Origin: Octopus vulgaris | Lineage: Eukaryota | Length of the DNA stretch: 64,000 bases | Reading direction: 5' to 3' | Assembly (NCBI GenBank): GCA_951406725.2 | Contig: OX597815.1 | Span: 174,840,001-174,904,000 of the forward strand | The notes under the pieces: generated by a model | The model's input: only the letters and a program-made list of their open reading frames with translations | Database searches by the model: none | What the model was told of the DNA's origin: nothing | In this document: positions 1 to 11,921 of the stretch, one piece after another | How the letters are laid out: the number at the start of each line of letters is the position of its first letter | Numbering within the stretch: position 1 is the first letter of the stretch | Made by a program: the position numbers and the translations under genes

Positions 1-383
1 GAAAGTATTTAGTTACTTTAATCAATTTCTTGATCTGCCGTTCAAAGGGAAAAGATCCACAAAGGGATAAGAGCGGTGGATGGGCAAAATCGTAAGACCG
101 TTGAACAAAATACTTTTGGTATCTAGTTACGATCCTTTACATTCTGATAGTCAAATACTGAAGTTGATATTCCGTATTTGATAGCATAAAAGACGAACGG
201 GCATATTGGCGCACACTAATTTCAGAAAGCTTATGGGAGACCCAACCTCACATATGGGACCCAGAGTGATTCTTTTTGAGACACTTTTCTTTTAAAGAAA
301 ACGTAACTTATAAAATGTAACGTATAAGATACAGCAATCCTTACACCAACTTTGAGGTGTTGTATGGAATAAATATTACCTAG

Positions 384-598
384 GGCGGCAAGCAGGCAGA
401 ATCGTTGGCACACCAGGCAAAATGCTTAGCAGTATTTCGTCCGTCTTTACGTTCTGAGTTCAAATTCTGCCGAGGTTGACTTCATTTTTCATCCTTTCGC
501 GCGTTGATAAAATAAGTACCAGTTGAGCACTGGGGTCGATGCAATTGACTTACTCCTCCCCCGAAGTTGCTGGCCTCGTGCCAAAATTTAAAACCAAT
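384..598 (+). mobile_element. tRNA-derived SINE family A (core GCCTTTCATCCTTTCGGGGTCGATAAA..GTACC, Deu/Nin-like)
   Basis: Head GGCGGCGAGCTGGCAGAA..GAGTTCAAATTC shared with copies at about 2850, 5728, 20196, 37784 and decayed - copies at about 1490-1635 and 9860-10380. Confidence 0.8.
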
Positions 599-1215
599 AA
601 CTAAGCCTTTAATAATTTTCTAACCAAACTTACTTAATGTGAAACAAATCACCTCTACTAAATCACCTTTCACATGAGCTAACAAGGGAGCCTCTACGTG
701 GACGATTGACCTGCTAGAAATAGCAACTATATCTCCTTCAAATCACAACTATTGTTTTAATAAACGAAGGATGTATTCAATAGTTCTTGAAACACTATGC
801 CTGAAAAACGAAACCAAAACATACAATATATAAAAAAGCAAAAATGGTCATAACTCGAACCACTTTGATCATAAGTTTACTTGACCAGAATTCATTTCAC
901 AACTTTACTATCTTTATCAATAATTTATCAATCACTATTTATCTGATACACTTCAATGAATATGTCTCAGCTATTTACTCTTTATTCGTACATCTCTACT
1001 ATTAATATTAGAGATTAATTTTAAAGTTCCATTAAGTAAGGAACCACATAAATACATCTCGTTGGCTCATAATACTGTTTGCGCAAAAGTATCTATTGCT
1101 GCTATATCAGCAGTAGATACTTTTGATCCACGTTTGTCACCAAAGAGGGTCTTCACTGCTTGAGGAAGACTTTCCTTGCTACGGGGTATTGCTTCTATTA
1201 CAAGCTTAGGTGAAA

Positions 1216-1260
1216 TGAAAAAGAAAAGGTGGCGGATATGATACTCTAAGAACTTCCGGC
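1216..1260 (-). promoter_or_regulatory. Candidate housekeeping-type promoter firing leftward: GCCGGAAGT (ETS-like) followed by a pyrimidine tract CTTTTCTTTTTC
   Basis: Motifs seen on the - strand in a CpG-retaining region. No downstream coding exon identified inside the window. Confidence 0.3.
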
Positions 1261-1670
1261 GTCCTAAACTTTACAATTTCATTATTTTTTTTTTAACAGT
1301 AACTGATATTTAAACCAAACATCAAGAGCAATTTGACTTTTTAAAATTCCATGTGTGTACCTAATAAGAATTGTGCTGACATCAACCGCTCATCTCAGGA
1401 AGTTTCTCTCCAGCTAATATATACGTGCCTTAGGTCTCTAGTTGAAACCCGGTCGGAAGATGAAATAAAAAATAAGAAAATAATAACAATAATTGTGGCC
1501 CAAGGCCAGCAATTTAGGTGCTAGTGCTCAACTCATATCTATTTTATCTATTGCGAAAGAATAAAAGGCTATATCGACCTCGGCCAAATTTGAACTCAGA
1601 ACATAAAGAGTCGGAAGAAATGTTGCTAGTGCGCTAAAATGAAATGAATGGTAGGGTGAACTTGTATACA

Positions 1671-1709
1671 TATAAAAGTAATGCTGGACAGTCGAAACAT
1701 AACATCAGT
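1671..1709 (+). promoter_or_regulatory. Candidate TATA box (TATAAAAG, 1671-1678) and Inr-like TCAGT (1705-1709) of the Tctex-1-like gene
   Basis: Motifs lie immediately upstream of the ATG at 1723. Spacing is slightly longer than canonical. Confidence 0.4.
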
Positions 1710-1722
1710 GAGTTGAAGCAAA

Positions 1723-1872
1723 ATGTCCTATTCACATTTTTACGTACAGCCAACTTTTTTGGAATCGTACTACTATAGCGCCGATAAATTAAAAGACCAA
1801 GCACGTTTTATAGAAAAGCAGCGTGTACAAGAACGTTATATTTGTCCTTCTCCAACTAATTACCCAGTAAAA
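1723..1872 (+). CDS. Tctex-1-like gene exon 1 (MSYSHFYVQPTF...NYPVK)
   Basis: CAAAATG start, 50 open codons, AAA|GTGAGT donor in phase 0 matching exon 2. No homology support for this part. Confidence 0.65.
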
Positions 1873-4800
1873 GTGAGTTTTCTCCGTTGAAGTTTAATTG
1901 CTTATCGAATTGAAGAAAAAAAAAAGGGGGGGGATTAGTGAAATAGCTTAACTCTTAACACAATTCTATAGCATCCTGCTCAATTCATCTTTTGCATCCT
2001 GTCTTGGTTATATCTTTAATACTTGCGCTTTTCTTGTCTAATATATATAATCTCATAAAACTGCACTTAACATCTCCTGCCCCCACTTTTTTCTCAAAAA
2101 AAAAAAAAGGCATGTTTCCTGCAATAATCACCGTGTTTTTTTTTTTCTAGGCTTAGAAATTCATTCAGAAACATAACTTAATATACATTTGGTTAATCAA
2201 CATCTTGAACCAATATTACCTTCTACTAGAAGCAAATTCACTAATGCAGCTAATTTATATTATTGGGAGAAGCAGGAACGTCACAAATAGGAGTTTTCAT
2301 TAAAAAAAAATTTTTGTGTATGCCTAATCGTATTATATACTTTGCCACTTTTAGGTGGATGCGAGATCAAACGTAGAATTCGATGCAGCGGAAGCAATTG
2401 AAATTATTATCGATGTGAGTATGAAATGGATTACCAATATCTCTTTATAAGGGACGAAATCTAAATTAATTTCAAATTCCTCAAATATGATTTATGAATA
2501 AAAAGCGATACATACATACATACACATATACACACAAAACATCATGAAAAGAAATGTCTTGAATATGTATTCTGTATGCTCTATAAAATCCTAGGAAGCG
2601 AACTCCGGATTTACCTGTCGAGTGAAATACCAAATAATTGTTTATCTTAAACAATATTATGTGTTCCTTATCATTCGATGTGACTAGCCGGATCTTGGAT
2701 TATATCAAAATACTGTTTTGTTATTCTTGTGTAAAATATATTCCTTTTCACTGAATCATTGCAAATTTACGTATTTGTTTCGCTTTGTCAGAATACCAAG
2801 TCTATGTTTGTTATATTATCAGTGCCGTTGATGTTACATATGAATGTAAGGCGGCGAATTGGCAGAGTCGTTAGCACGCCGGGTGAAATGTTTAATGACT
2901 TCGTCCGTCTTTACGTTCTGAGTTCGAATTCCGCCGAGATCGTCTTTGCTTTTCATCCTTGCAGAGTCAATAAAATTAGTACCAATCGAGCACTGGAGTC
3001 GATGTAATCGACAGTCCCCCTCCCACCAAATTTCAGGCCTTTTTCCTATAGTGGAAAGGATATTACATATTAATATATTTCAACTGTTATATTCCTTTGA
3101 CCGTTAATTTACAAAAATGTATTGTAACAACAAAAATTAGTGAAGAAAATAAACCTGCACATTCGTCCAAAAATTAAGTTAACTCCAAACGTAGTAATTG
3201 CGAAAATGAGGGCACCAGATAAGGAGAGACGTCAACAATGACGGAATATCCTTTGTCAGCGGTATGCCGCTTCTGAACAGCTCTGGTTGAAAAACGTAAT
3301 TTACCATTAAATCACGGATTTTAGGATTTTTCGTTGAAGACAGACGCAATGAAGGTTATTAGTTAACTCTTACTTCATATCGCAGCATATCTAAACAAAA
3401 GAATTTCGACATTAGTGTCCCGGGACTCTTTTAAAACAGAATTACGGCCTGCTTTTTATACTTTTTCTCACATTGGGTTAGAAATCCAACAGAAGTGTAG
3501 TTTAAGTTAAATTAAGTACCTATTTTGTATGTATTGATCCAGCGGGATCGTAAGGTATTATTTTGTCGTTCTCGTCTTTGACATTACATAAATGATTCGG
3601 ATAAAGCAAGTCAACCCCTTCAGTCAGCCAGTAGATCAATACATCAACCATCCAGTCACTTTTGATTATTCTTGTAGTTTACTACATATAAAAGTAATGA
3701 TGGGCAGTCGACTATAAACAGTTAACATTCAATACCAATCATCGTTTGAATTTCACAATCCGTTTTAGTAATTGTAACTTGTCGATGTTCTCTTTTGCCA
3801 GGCAATAGAGAAAGTCATTGGCCCGCACAGCAATTATATTAAAGAACTTGCCCAGAAATGGTCTGACAGGATAATTAATTTGTCTTTTCAACATCTCCGA
3901 CTTTGGCGAAATCTCCGATATCAAGGTCAGTCGATCCAGTTTGATGCTAAATAAACTTCGTTTTTATTTATGTAAAGATTATAAAACTTCCTTTTGTCTT
4001 TGATATTTAGAAACTTTGACCGTTCTGGTATTTTCTGCCGGTTTCATTCATAATTATATAACTTCTAAATTGTTTGACGAAATTTTTCATCAACTAAATT
4101 GGTTGGAATTAACGGGCAAAGAATTTTTAAATCAAATTGAAAGCCCCACCCCTCCTTTATAACTATCTTATTAAATATATTATATAGATATGGTAGAATT
4201 TTGTACAGTTGTTTAAATCGTATTAAATACCGGGACTCTTTGACAGTTGTGTAAGCTGAATCGATGGTTTTCCAGTCCTAGTTAAATTCATTGATACCAA
4301 TGTTTCTGGTTTGTTTTCTTTTATAAATCAGCACTTTGATGTTGGTCAAATCGAAAACATCTTACAAAATTATACTTTATATCTGAACTTGCGTGTGTTT
4401 TGAGCAGGTGTTTGTTTTAAACAAGTAGCTCTAAATCGAGATAAACGACCTAATTATTTTCTCTTTTATCGAAATATATTAGACAGATTGAAATTGAAAA
4501 CCTTTTTCGAGAACAACTGGAGAAATTTAAGGGGAGGAGTATAGTTAATGGCATTGACTAGTATTTGATTAGAGCTTTATTTCATGAATACTGGAAAATA
4601 AAATTCAATCAACCTCAACGAGATTTAAACTATGGACTTAGCTAATCATTGCAAAATATTTTATTCGCTACTCTAAGAAAAACTGAAGCTTATCTTGTTT
4701 CTTTACTCAGTCACTTATTTATTGGAGATGGAATGTATTTTTCCTTGCTATTTTCAAAGATATCAACAGCATAAGCTGATTTAGCTTCCATTGAAATCGA

Positions 4801-6169
4801 AGCGAGTTCGTAACTCGGTTCGCCGAGATCTTATCACTTTAGATTAATTTTACAACAATTCTTGCCAAAATACGAAGCAGATATCAGAACTGACAAAAGC
4901 AATGTAATTATTACGCATGACATCTCTTTTTATATTGCAGGTGTGTGTACCATTTCTCAAAGGAGTCCTAACCAATATGTTGCAACAACGTTTTCTGGAG
5001 ATCCTGCATCAAGAGGTATTTTTATTCTTTATATTATGTACTAGAACACTGATTCTTCCTGATGCTTGATGTAAATATTCTATAATTTTGATAGTGGAGT
5101 AGCAGAATCCGTCAGAACGTCAATCAAAATATTTAGTCGTGGATTAAACATGGTGTAGCGCGGGTTTTGACCACTTTGCCAGTAACCAAATTGGCTTCCT
5201 TAAACGTAACATATATTTGATTACAAGAAGCACACGTATATAAAGTAGCAGTTCTATCCGGTCTGTACACCACTTCGTGCTTTGGTATTTAGTTACTTTT
5301 CAGTCCGAGGTCAACTTTACTCGACAATTTTGTCGATAAAATGATGTCAAGCAGAGGGTTGTTTTTATCGACTTTACTCACCTCTCAAATTTGTGCTAAC
5401 ATTAGAAATCTATATTTTATGTTAGCATTGCCTTTATCTTCAGTACCCCCTAACACCAAAAGTTAATTCGTGAAAGACAAGCTATTGAGAAGAATAAAGA
5501 ATATGAAAAGTTTAAATGTTTGTTAAAATTGTTTCAAATAATAATTTCACTCCAAAACTTAAATTTAAACACGTTAAGCAGTTTCAGGTGGGTTGGTAGT
5601 TAAAGGGTTAAATTAAAAAAATTTTTAATGCGGGTTGATAGTTTCCAGTAAGCCCATCAAAGTTGTTCCCCTTTATTTCTGTTTCATTCGTGAATTTTCC
5701 AATGTTTCTCTAAACAAATTTATAGAAGGCGAGCGAGCTGGCAGAATCGTTAGCACGTCGGGTGAAATGCTCAGCGGTATTTCGTCTGCCGCTACGTTCT
5801 GAGTTCAAATTCCGCCGAGGTCGACTTTGCCTTTCATCCTTTCGGGGTCGATAAATAAAGTACCAGTTTCGCACTGCGGTCGTTGTAATCGACTTAATCC
5901 CTTTGTCTGTCCTTGTTTGTCCCCTCTATGTTTAGCCCCTTGTGGGCAATAAAGAGATAAATTTATAGAAAGATAAAATTCATTATAAATAAAATCGAAT
6001 TTTAAACACCAATAAAATTTTATCGTCTGATATATTTCTTGTTCTAGTGATGTAACAATTTTTTTTATTAATCCACTAAATATATTTTATTTTAGGTGAA
6101 TGCTCCGTCATATGGCATAACGGGAATATTTCTGTTCTGGCTATGGTTCGAGGATACAAAAATTCCTGA
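1723..6169 (+). CDS. Divergent Tctex-1/DYNLT-family dynein light chain with N-terminal extension; join(1723..1872,2355..2414,3802..3925,4941..5015,6096..6169), 160 aa
   Basis: Five exons with GT-AG introns and matching phases (0,0,1,1) give 483 nt with no internal stop. The translation FDAAEAIEIIIDAIEKVIG...QKWSDRII...RYQGVCTISQR...GECSVIWHN aligns by eye to DYNLT1 (FVVDEVSNIVKEAIESAIG...NQWTTNVV...KYIVTCVIMQK...GSCTVRWEN). AATAAA at 6190-6195. Confidence 0.85.
2355..2414 (+). CDS. Tctex-1-like gene exon 2 (VDARSNVEFDAAEAIEIIID)
   Basis: TTTTAG| acceptor, |GTGAGT donor. Only one frame is open and it matches the first Tctex-1 helix. Confidence 0.8.
2850..3065 (+). mobile_element. SINE family A copy in Tctex-1-like intron 2
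   Basis: Same head and core as 384-598. Confidence 0.8.
3802..3925 (+). CDS. Tctex-1-like gene exon 3 (AIEKVIG...RYQ)
   Basis: TTTTGCCAG| acceptor, AAG|GTCAGT donor, 124 nt, AIE-x-x-IG motif. Confidence 0.85.
4941..5015 (+). CDS. Tctex-1-like gene exon 4 (GVCTISQR...DPASR)
   Basis: TTGCAG| acceptor, GAG|GTATTT donor, phase 1-1, 75 nt. Confidence 0.85.
5728..5958 (+). mobile_element. Full-length SINE family A copy with 12-bp target-site duplication
   Basis: AAATTTATAGAA at 5716-5727 and 5959-5970 flanks the element. Confidence 0.9.
6096..6169 (+). CDS. Tctex-1-like gene exon 5 (GECSVIWHNGNISVLAMVRGYKNS*)
   Basis: TTTTAG| acceptor, G-x-C-x-V-x-W-x-N motif of DYNLT1, TGA at 6167-6169. Confidence 0.85.
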
Positions 6170-8769
6170 ACTATACGTGAACGGGGAAAAATAAAACAAA
6201 ACAAAAACTTGTTTCACAGATATAAACCTGTTATTTTCGTTTTTTCTTACAACTCCACCTCATACTTATGAAACCATTTTTGTTATTGGTAGTTGAATTT
6301 CAAAATCCATCAACAATGAAAGTTATTCCAAAGTTCGTAACATTAGTATTTGATTAATTCTTTTCTGGAATCATTTTTTTCTTTCATGCTTTTTAAGTTG
6401 ACATCAAAGGATGTAATTTCTATTTTTCTCTTCCAATTTTCTTTTGTATAGATTGTTCAAATATAGTCAATAATATGATTGAATTGTCAAGTTTTAATCT
6501 ATTCATTTTATTCCATTAGAAAATACAAGTTAATATTTTAAGGGTTTGCATTTTGTCTTACCTAATCTACTTAAGAATTGGTTTAAATATTCATACAATT
6601 TCACATAGCTTTTATAATCAGTGCTGGACTAATTACTAAAATAGCATTGTCATTTAATTGTGTAGTTATCACTACAAATAAAGGAATTTATACAGGAAAT
6701 ATTTGTTGTTGCAATTGGATCATAAACCTCAGATTTTTTTTTAAATAACCAAAGAGACAAGATTTGATGGTTACTTATATATGAAATTGCTGTAAAAATA
6801 TCCCATTTATAACCATGACTACAGGTTTCACAATGATCAAAATATTTACCTTATACCCATGACAATAAAGAATTGTGAAATTAAAAAATTTCAAACCCCC
6901 TTTTGATAAGGATAAGGGGTTCTTGCAAAACGTTTGTTTTTGTAAATGTATTTCAGATTAATTTGTGATGGCTATTCTTGCCATAGTATTTGATCAGTAA
7001 AGTTCAATAAATTTTAATTAAAATTACTTGTGGCTATTTGCTTCTAATCTTTAATTGTGTATAGAGATTAATCAGTTAATGGTGCTAAATATCTTTTTTT
7101 TTTTTTTTTTAATCATATCAGTAATTGAATTGACTCAAGCAGGTCCTCTGGATAAGGATATGTTAAAAGCATTTCAACGGTGATTATTTCTTTTCATTTA
7201 TATCTTTAGGATAACATTATCTGTGTTCTTTTTAAGCGATTTGGGAGACATTAGGTTATTCTTGTTGATAGAGCAACTGCATGGCCACTTCCCCCTTTTA
7301 CTCAGTATTAAATGCTAGTGGATGCTGTAATGCTTTTATTAGCAAGCATACACAGCTGAAATATTAGTGAAGAGCTGGATGCTGCAAGTAATACTGTTGA
7401 GCATTGCAAAGGTATGTTCCCTACAAGAACACCTTGTTGTAACCACTAATGAGATGCATATAACTGGTTTGATCCTTTTCTTTAGAAATTTTAGTCTTTA
7501 TCCACATGGAAAAGGTAATAGTGAAACTACATACTGAATACTATCTAGTTTTGACAGGAAACTAAAGAAAAATAAATGCTGGTCATAAGAAGGCAATATA
7601 AAGTTATTGGCTTCACATCTATGCAAAAACATGTACATTAACTGAATTATCAGTGGTTAATTTGAAAATCTTAGGGGAACCTTCTAAGGTAAATTTTGCT
7701 AACATTTAGAATCAAAATTTGAATAGTTTTACTAAACTTAACTTTGACAAATTTTTTTACTGTATTTTAATCTAAAGCTGTTTCAAAGATGCTATTTAAT
7801 TCTAACATGGCTAGCTTTCTCGTTAGCCAGAAAATGTTTTGTGTAGTGATTTCTATATGAAAACTTTTTTCAGTTTAGTTCAAAACATTTGGGTTCCATC
7901 ACTGAAGAGGCCAAATAAAGTCAACTCTTTTTTGGTACCTTTTTATAAATAGCCAGACTGGTGCAAAACGGGGAAAAATGCTTTGACAGTATGGTACCAT
8001 CGAAATGTGAATACAAATGTAATAAATCAAATTTCATGTAAACTGGACCACAGGTTCCCAAGATACGATTTTTTTTTTTTTGTACCTTGTTTACTATTCT
8101 TTTTACTGGTTTCAGTCATTTAACTGTGGCTATGCTGGGGCACTGCCTTTTAGTTGATCAAATCAACCCTAGTACTTATTTTATTGGTCTCTTTTGCTGA
8201 ACTGCAAAGTTATGGGGAAGTAAATGCACCAACATTGGTCATCAATGTTGGGTGGAGTGGGGGACAAACACATCCCTCACCATATTGTTTATTTAAGCTT
8301 ATGCTGATTCCTCCATGGTGCTTTGCATCTATAATGTATACAAATTATAAAAATATACAGATTTTCACCTATCGCAGGGGCGGGGTTGGAATGCAACACC
8401 CATGATAGTTGAGGGGATTACTGTGTGTGTATGTATGCATGCATATGCACACGCGTGTGTGGATTTCTTTGAGTTTTTTTTTTTTCTTTTTTACCAGATC
8501 CACTCACAATCTTACCATACTGCTGCTCCTGCACCTTGTAAAAAATACTTCAAAGTTCTTTGTATATTGCTGGTATCAGATTTAGAATTTTTATTAAATT
8601 TCCATATGAAAGTTTAATTTGTTTAAAGCATGTTAAATTTTATGGTTCACCCTGTAATTGAAGTAGTGCAAATGAGTTCTGAATAAAAAAAAAAATTTTA
8701 AATGCATTTCTATCAAGACCTTTTTGATGTTTGTTTCCCATATTTAAGTTTTTCTTAATTATTTAATCT

Positions 8770-9740
8770 GGAAGAAGTGGAGGTGACCATGGACTTTCCT
8801 GGCCATACAATGTACAGGGATGCTTACTCTCAAGATGAAGCTCAGTAAAGGGTTTAGCATGCAGATAGGTATTTATCAGGGCTTGCCTCTCAGTCCTGCT
8901 TCTGTTTATAATAGTATACAGTCATAACATGAGAGCAGAAAACGGGCTGTCCATGTGCATTTCTGTATATTGTTGATCTTGATCTCCAAACAGTCTGTTG
9001 AATTGGAGGAAAAGTGGGGAAAGAAAACTACTGCCATTTAGGAAGTGATCAATCTTGATGTGTAGCAAGGGATTAGTTAGAAACTGTACTGAATGCTCAA
9101 TGCAAGCCATGGGTACATGAAGACACCCTTCAAAAAACAGGCAGTCCAAAGATAGGAAGAATTTCATATGCATTAGATGAACAAAAGCAGCAAGCAATAA
9201 GTTCACTCCAAAAAATGAAATCTATCAACTACCTAGCAGATTAGCTTAAAGTAGTTAATTTTCATAATTTGATGGACTTAATCAGCAGTGGAAGTGGCTG
9301 TGATGAAAGCACATCTTACTCTGAATAATGTAATAATAGTGGAAATAGTTTAAGGAATTATTGCCTGTGTTGATAATAATTCCTTGTTTACATAATATGC
9401 TATATTATTATAGTAAGACACAAACACTGATATGTGTAGAGTGGAAAGAAATAAGGTCAACAGGCTCTGCTGGATGCATATAAACAGGTGAGCTGAGAAG
9501 AAAACTGTGCAGAAGAAGAATCAGATGGAATGTGCAAGAGAGATTGCACTTATGGACATGTGATGCATATGATAATGGCAGTTGATCTTTCAATTGAACC
9601 AAGGGGGCTGTTTCCAATGATTTAATGAAACTGCTGACAGAAGTGTCTGTTTTTTGGTGATGGGGTAGGATTTGAACTGAGAATGCAGAGCTGGAACAAA
9701 TGCAGCATTCTGTCTGATGTTCTAACAATTCTGCCATTCC
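8770..9740 (+). mobile_element. Heavily decayed RTE LINE fragment (RT to C-terminus)
   Basis: Vestiges of the QG-LSP-LFII and GCPW motifs, colinear with better-preserved RTE copies at 36.5 and 44.3 kb. Confidence 0.55.
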
Positions 9741-11474
9741 ACTGATCAGGACTGGTATTTTTTTCATCAACCCCAACGAAAGGCAAAGTTAATCTTGGCA
9801 GCATTTGAACTCAGAACAAGAAATGACATTTTGTCTGCTAGTTTGTCTCGATGATAACCTTTCTACTATAGGTACAAGGCCTGACATTTTGTGGAAGGGG
9901 ACTAGTTGAATACATCAAGCCAAGTGTTCAACTGCTGCTAGTAGAATGAAAGGTAAAGTCGGCCTCAATTGAATTGGAACAAGATAAAATCAGAAGAAAC
10001 ATCACTAAGCATTTTCTCTGGTGTGCTAATGATTCTGCTAGCTTAATAATTCTTTCTGTTGTAGGCACAATGCCTGAAATTTTGGGAGACTAGTTGATTA
10101 CATTGACCCTAATGCTCAATTGGTACTTATTTTATTGACCTCTGTGGAATTTGAACTCAGAATGCTGCTAAGCATTTTGCCTGGCATGCTAATTAATGAT
10201 TCCGCCAACTTGCTGCCTTAATAATAATAATAATGATGTTTTTTGATTTAGGCACAAGGCTAGCAATTTTAAGAGAAGGGTTTCATTAATAATGTTAATT
10301 CCAGCACTTAAATTGGCATTTTATCAACCCAGAATGGATGAAAGGTAAAGTTGACCATGGCAGGATTTGAACTCAGTGCACAGAGAGTTGGAACTAATAC
10401 CATGAGTCATTCTATTTAATGTTTTAATGACCTCCAATTCACTTCTTTGAAAGAAGATTATTGTATAAAAAATGTGTCAAAAGATTTTAAGAGGAAGAAG
10501 CCAGCAGAAGAATATTGCAAAAGAAGTGAACTAGTGAAGCCTAACCTCATGAAATGAAAAAACATGACAAAGGACTGCAACAGACCCATTCATCCTATAC
10601 TGAGATGGGAATAAGGACACAAAAATGTTGATTTAAAACAGAATTGCTGCAGGTGAGTAATCTGCTTAAGTTTAGCTTTCAGATCAGTAAATTAATTTTA
10701 GAAGTATGTTTGGAAGCTGACATCATCATCATCCTTTTAGCAATTACTTTTCCATGGTTTAGAAGAAAACCATTCTATAGCTGGATGACTTACCTTCACC
10801 AACCTTCACTCATTTCCAAGCAAGGTTTGGAAATGACAGACACTACTTCTATGATGATGACACTCATTTAACAACTATCACACAATGTAACATAAGGAAG
10901 CATAAACACATACACGTGTATATATGGAAACTGAAAGAAGCTAATCATATATATATATATAAATAATGAACTTATTTCAGTTTCCATCAGCCAAATCCAC
11001 AAACAAGGCTTTGGTTAGCTTGGGAACTCTAGTAGAAGACATTTACTGAAGGTGCTACTCAGAAGTACTGAATTTAAAACAGGGAGCCGGGAAGCAAAAC
11101 TCCTTAACTGTAAAGTCATACCTGCAATATCACTTTAGATTAAAATCATCACAGTAACAATAAATGAAGAAAAATATCACTTGACTGTGATATAAATTTT
11201 GATAACCTGTAAAAGTGGATGATAATGTTTAGAAAAACCTGCATTAAAGTTTCTGTTAATGAAGAGAGTATCATTCCATTTGTAGTTAACCCTTTAGCGT
11301 TCATATTCTGTCAAACATAATCTTTATTTATTCACATCATTTTGAGTTCACCATACGTTATCTCATAACTTTGAGATTTCAATGTTGAGGTATATTTTTT
11401 AAATGACATTTTAGGCTAGATGTGAGTGGTCAGATCTGGCCAGTTTAAATGTTAAAGAATTAAGTTGTGTAGAG

Positions 11475-11921
11475 CAGCAACCCTCAACCTTAATATCATG
11501 GACTGGTATCATGCAAGATGATTTTCCTACAGATTGGTGGATGATGTGTTTAACAAAATGCAATAAAGTGCTTAACATATAATTTAATTATTACATATAC
11601 GTTATACATATACAGGGTGTCCATAAATTACCTTTACAATTTGAAAAGTTCAGAAAAAAATGAAAAGTAAAGATAACTCAGCAGAGTTTATTGGATAACA
11701 TAGGCAAACAAATAGAGTTTTATTAGAAACATCAGAACACTTCCATTTTGGCTCAATTGGTTGTATGCAAAATATAGATAATATAAATTGTGGAAGTTGT
11801 AAAAATAATTTATGGACACTATAATAAAATTCTGCAGACTGTGATAGTGAATAAAATGAAAATAAAATTTAAAATTTTATTCTCTGTGTGACCCCAGAGT
11901 CTGGGAATTGTGAACCCTCTG
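11475..11921. mobile_element. hAT-like MITE containing a nested Tc1/mariner-type MITE (11613-11823)
   Basis: Outer element: CAG...CTG ends with 8-bp near-TSD GTGTAGAG/ATGTAGAG. Inner element: TIR GTGTCCATAAATTA..TTTACAA at both ends, next to TA. Confidence 0.6.

Noticed and set aside
1140-1185. Iron-responsive element (CAGTG) or RNase P/MRP CR-I (GGAAAGTC) on the - strand
   Set aside because: CAGTG is not in an apical loop with a 5-bp upper stem, and no matching CR-V/P4 partner was found.
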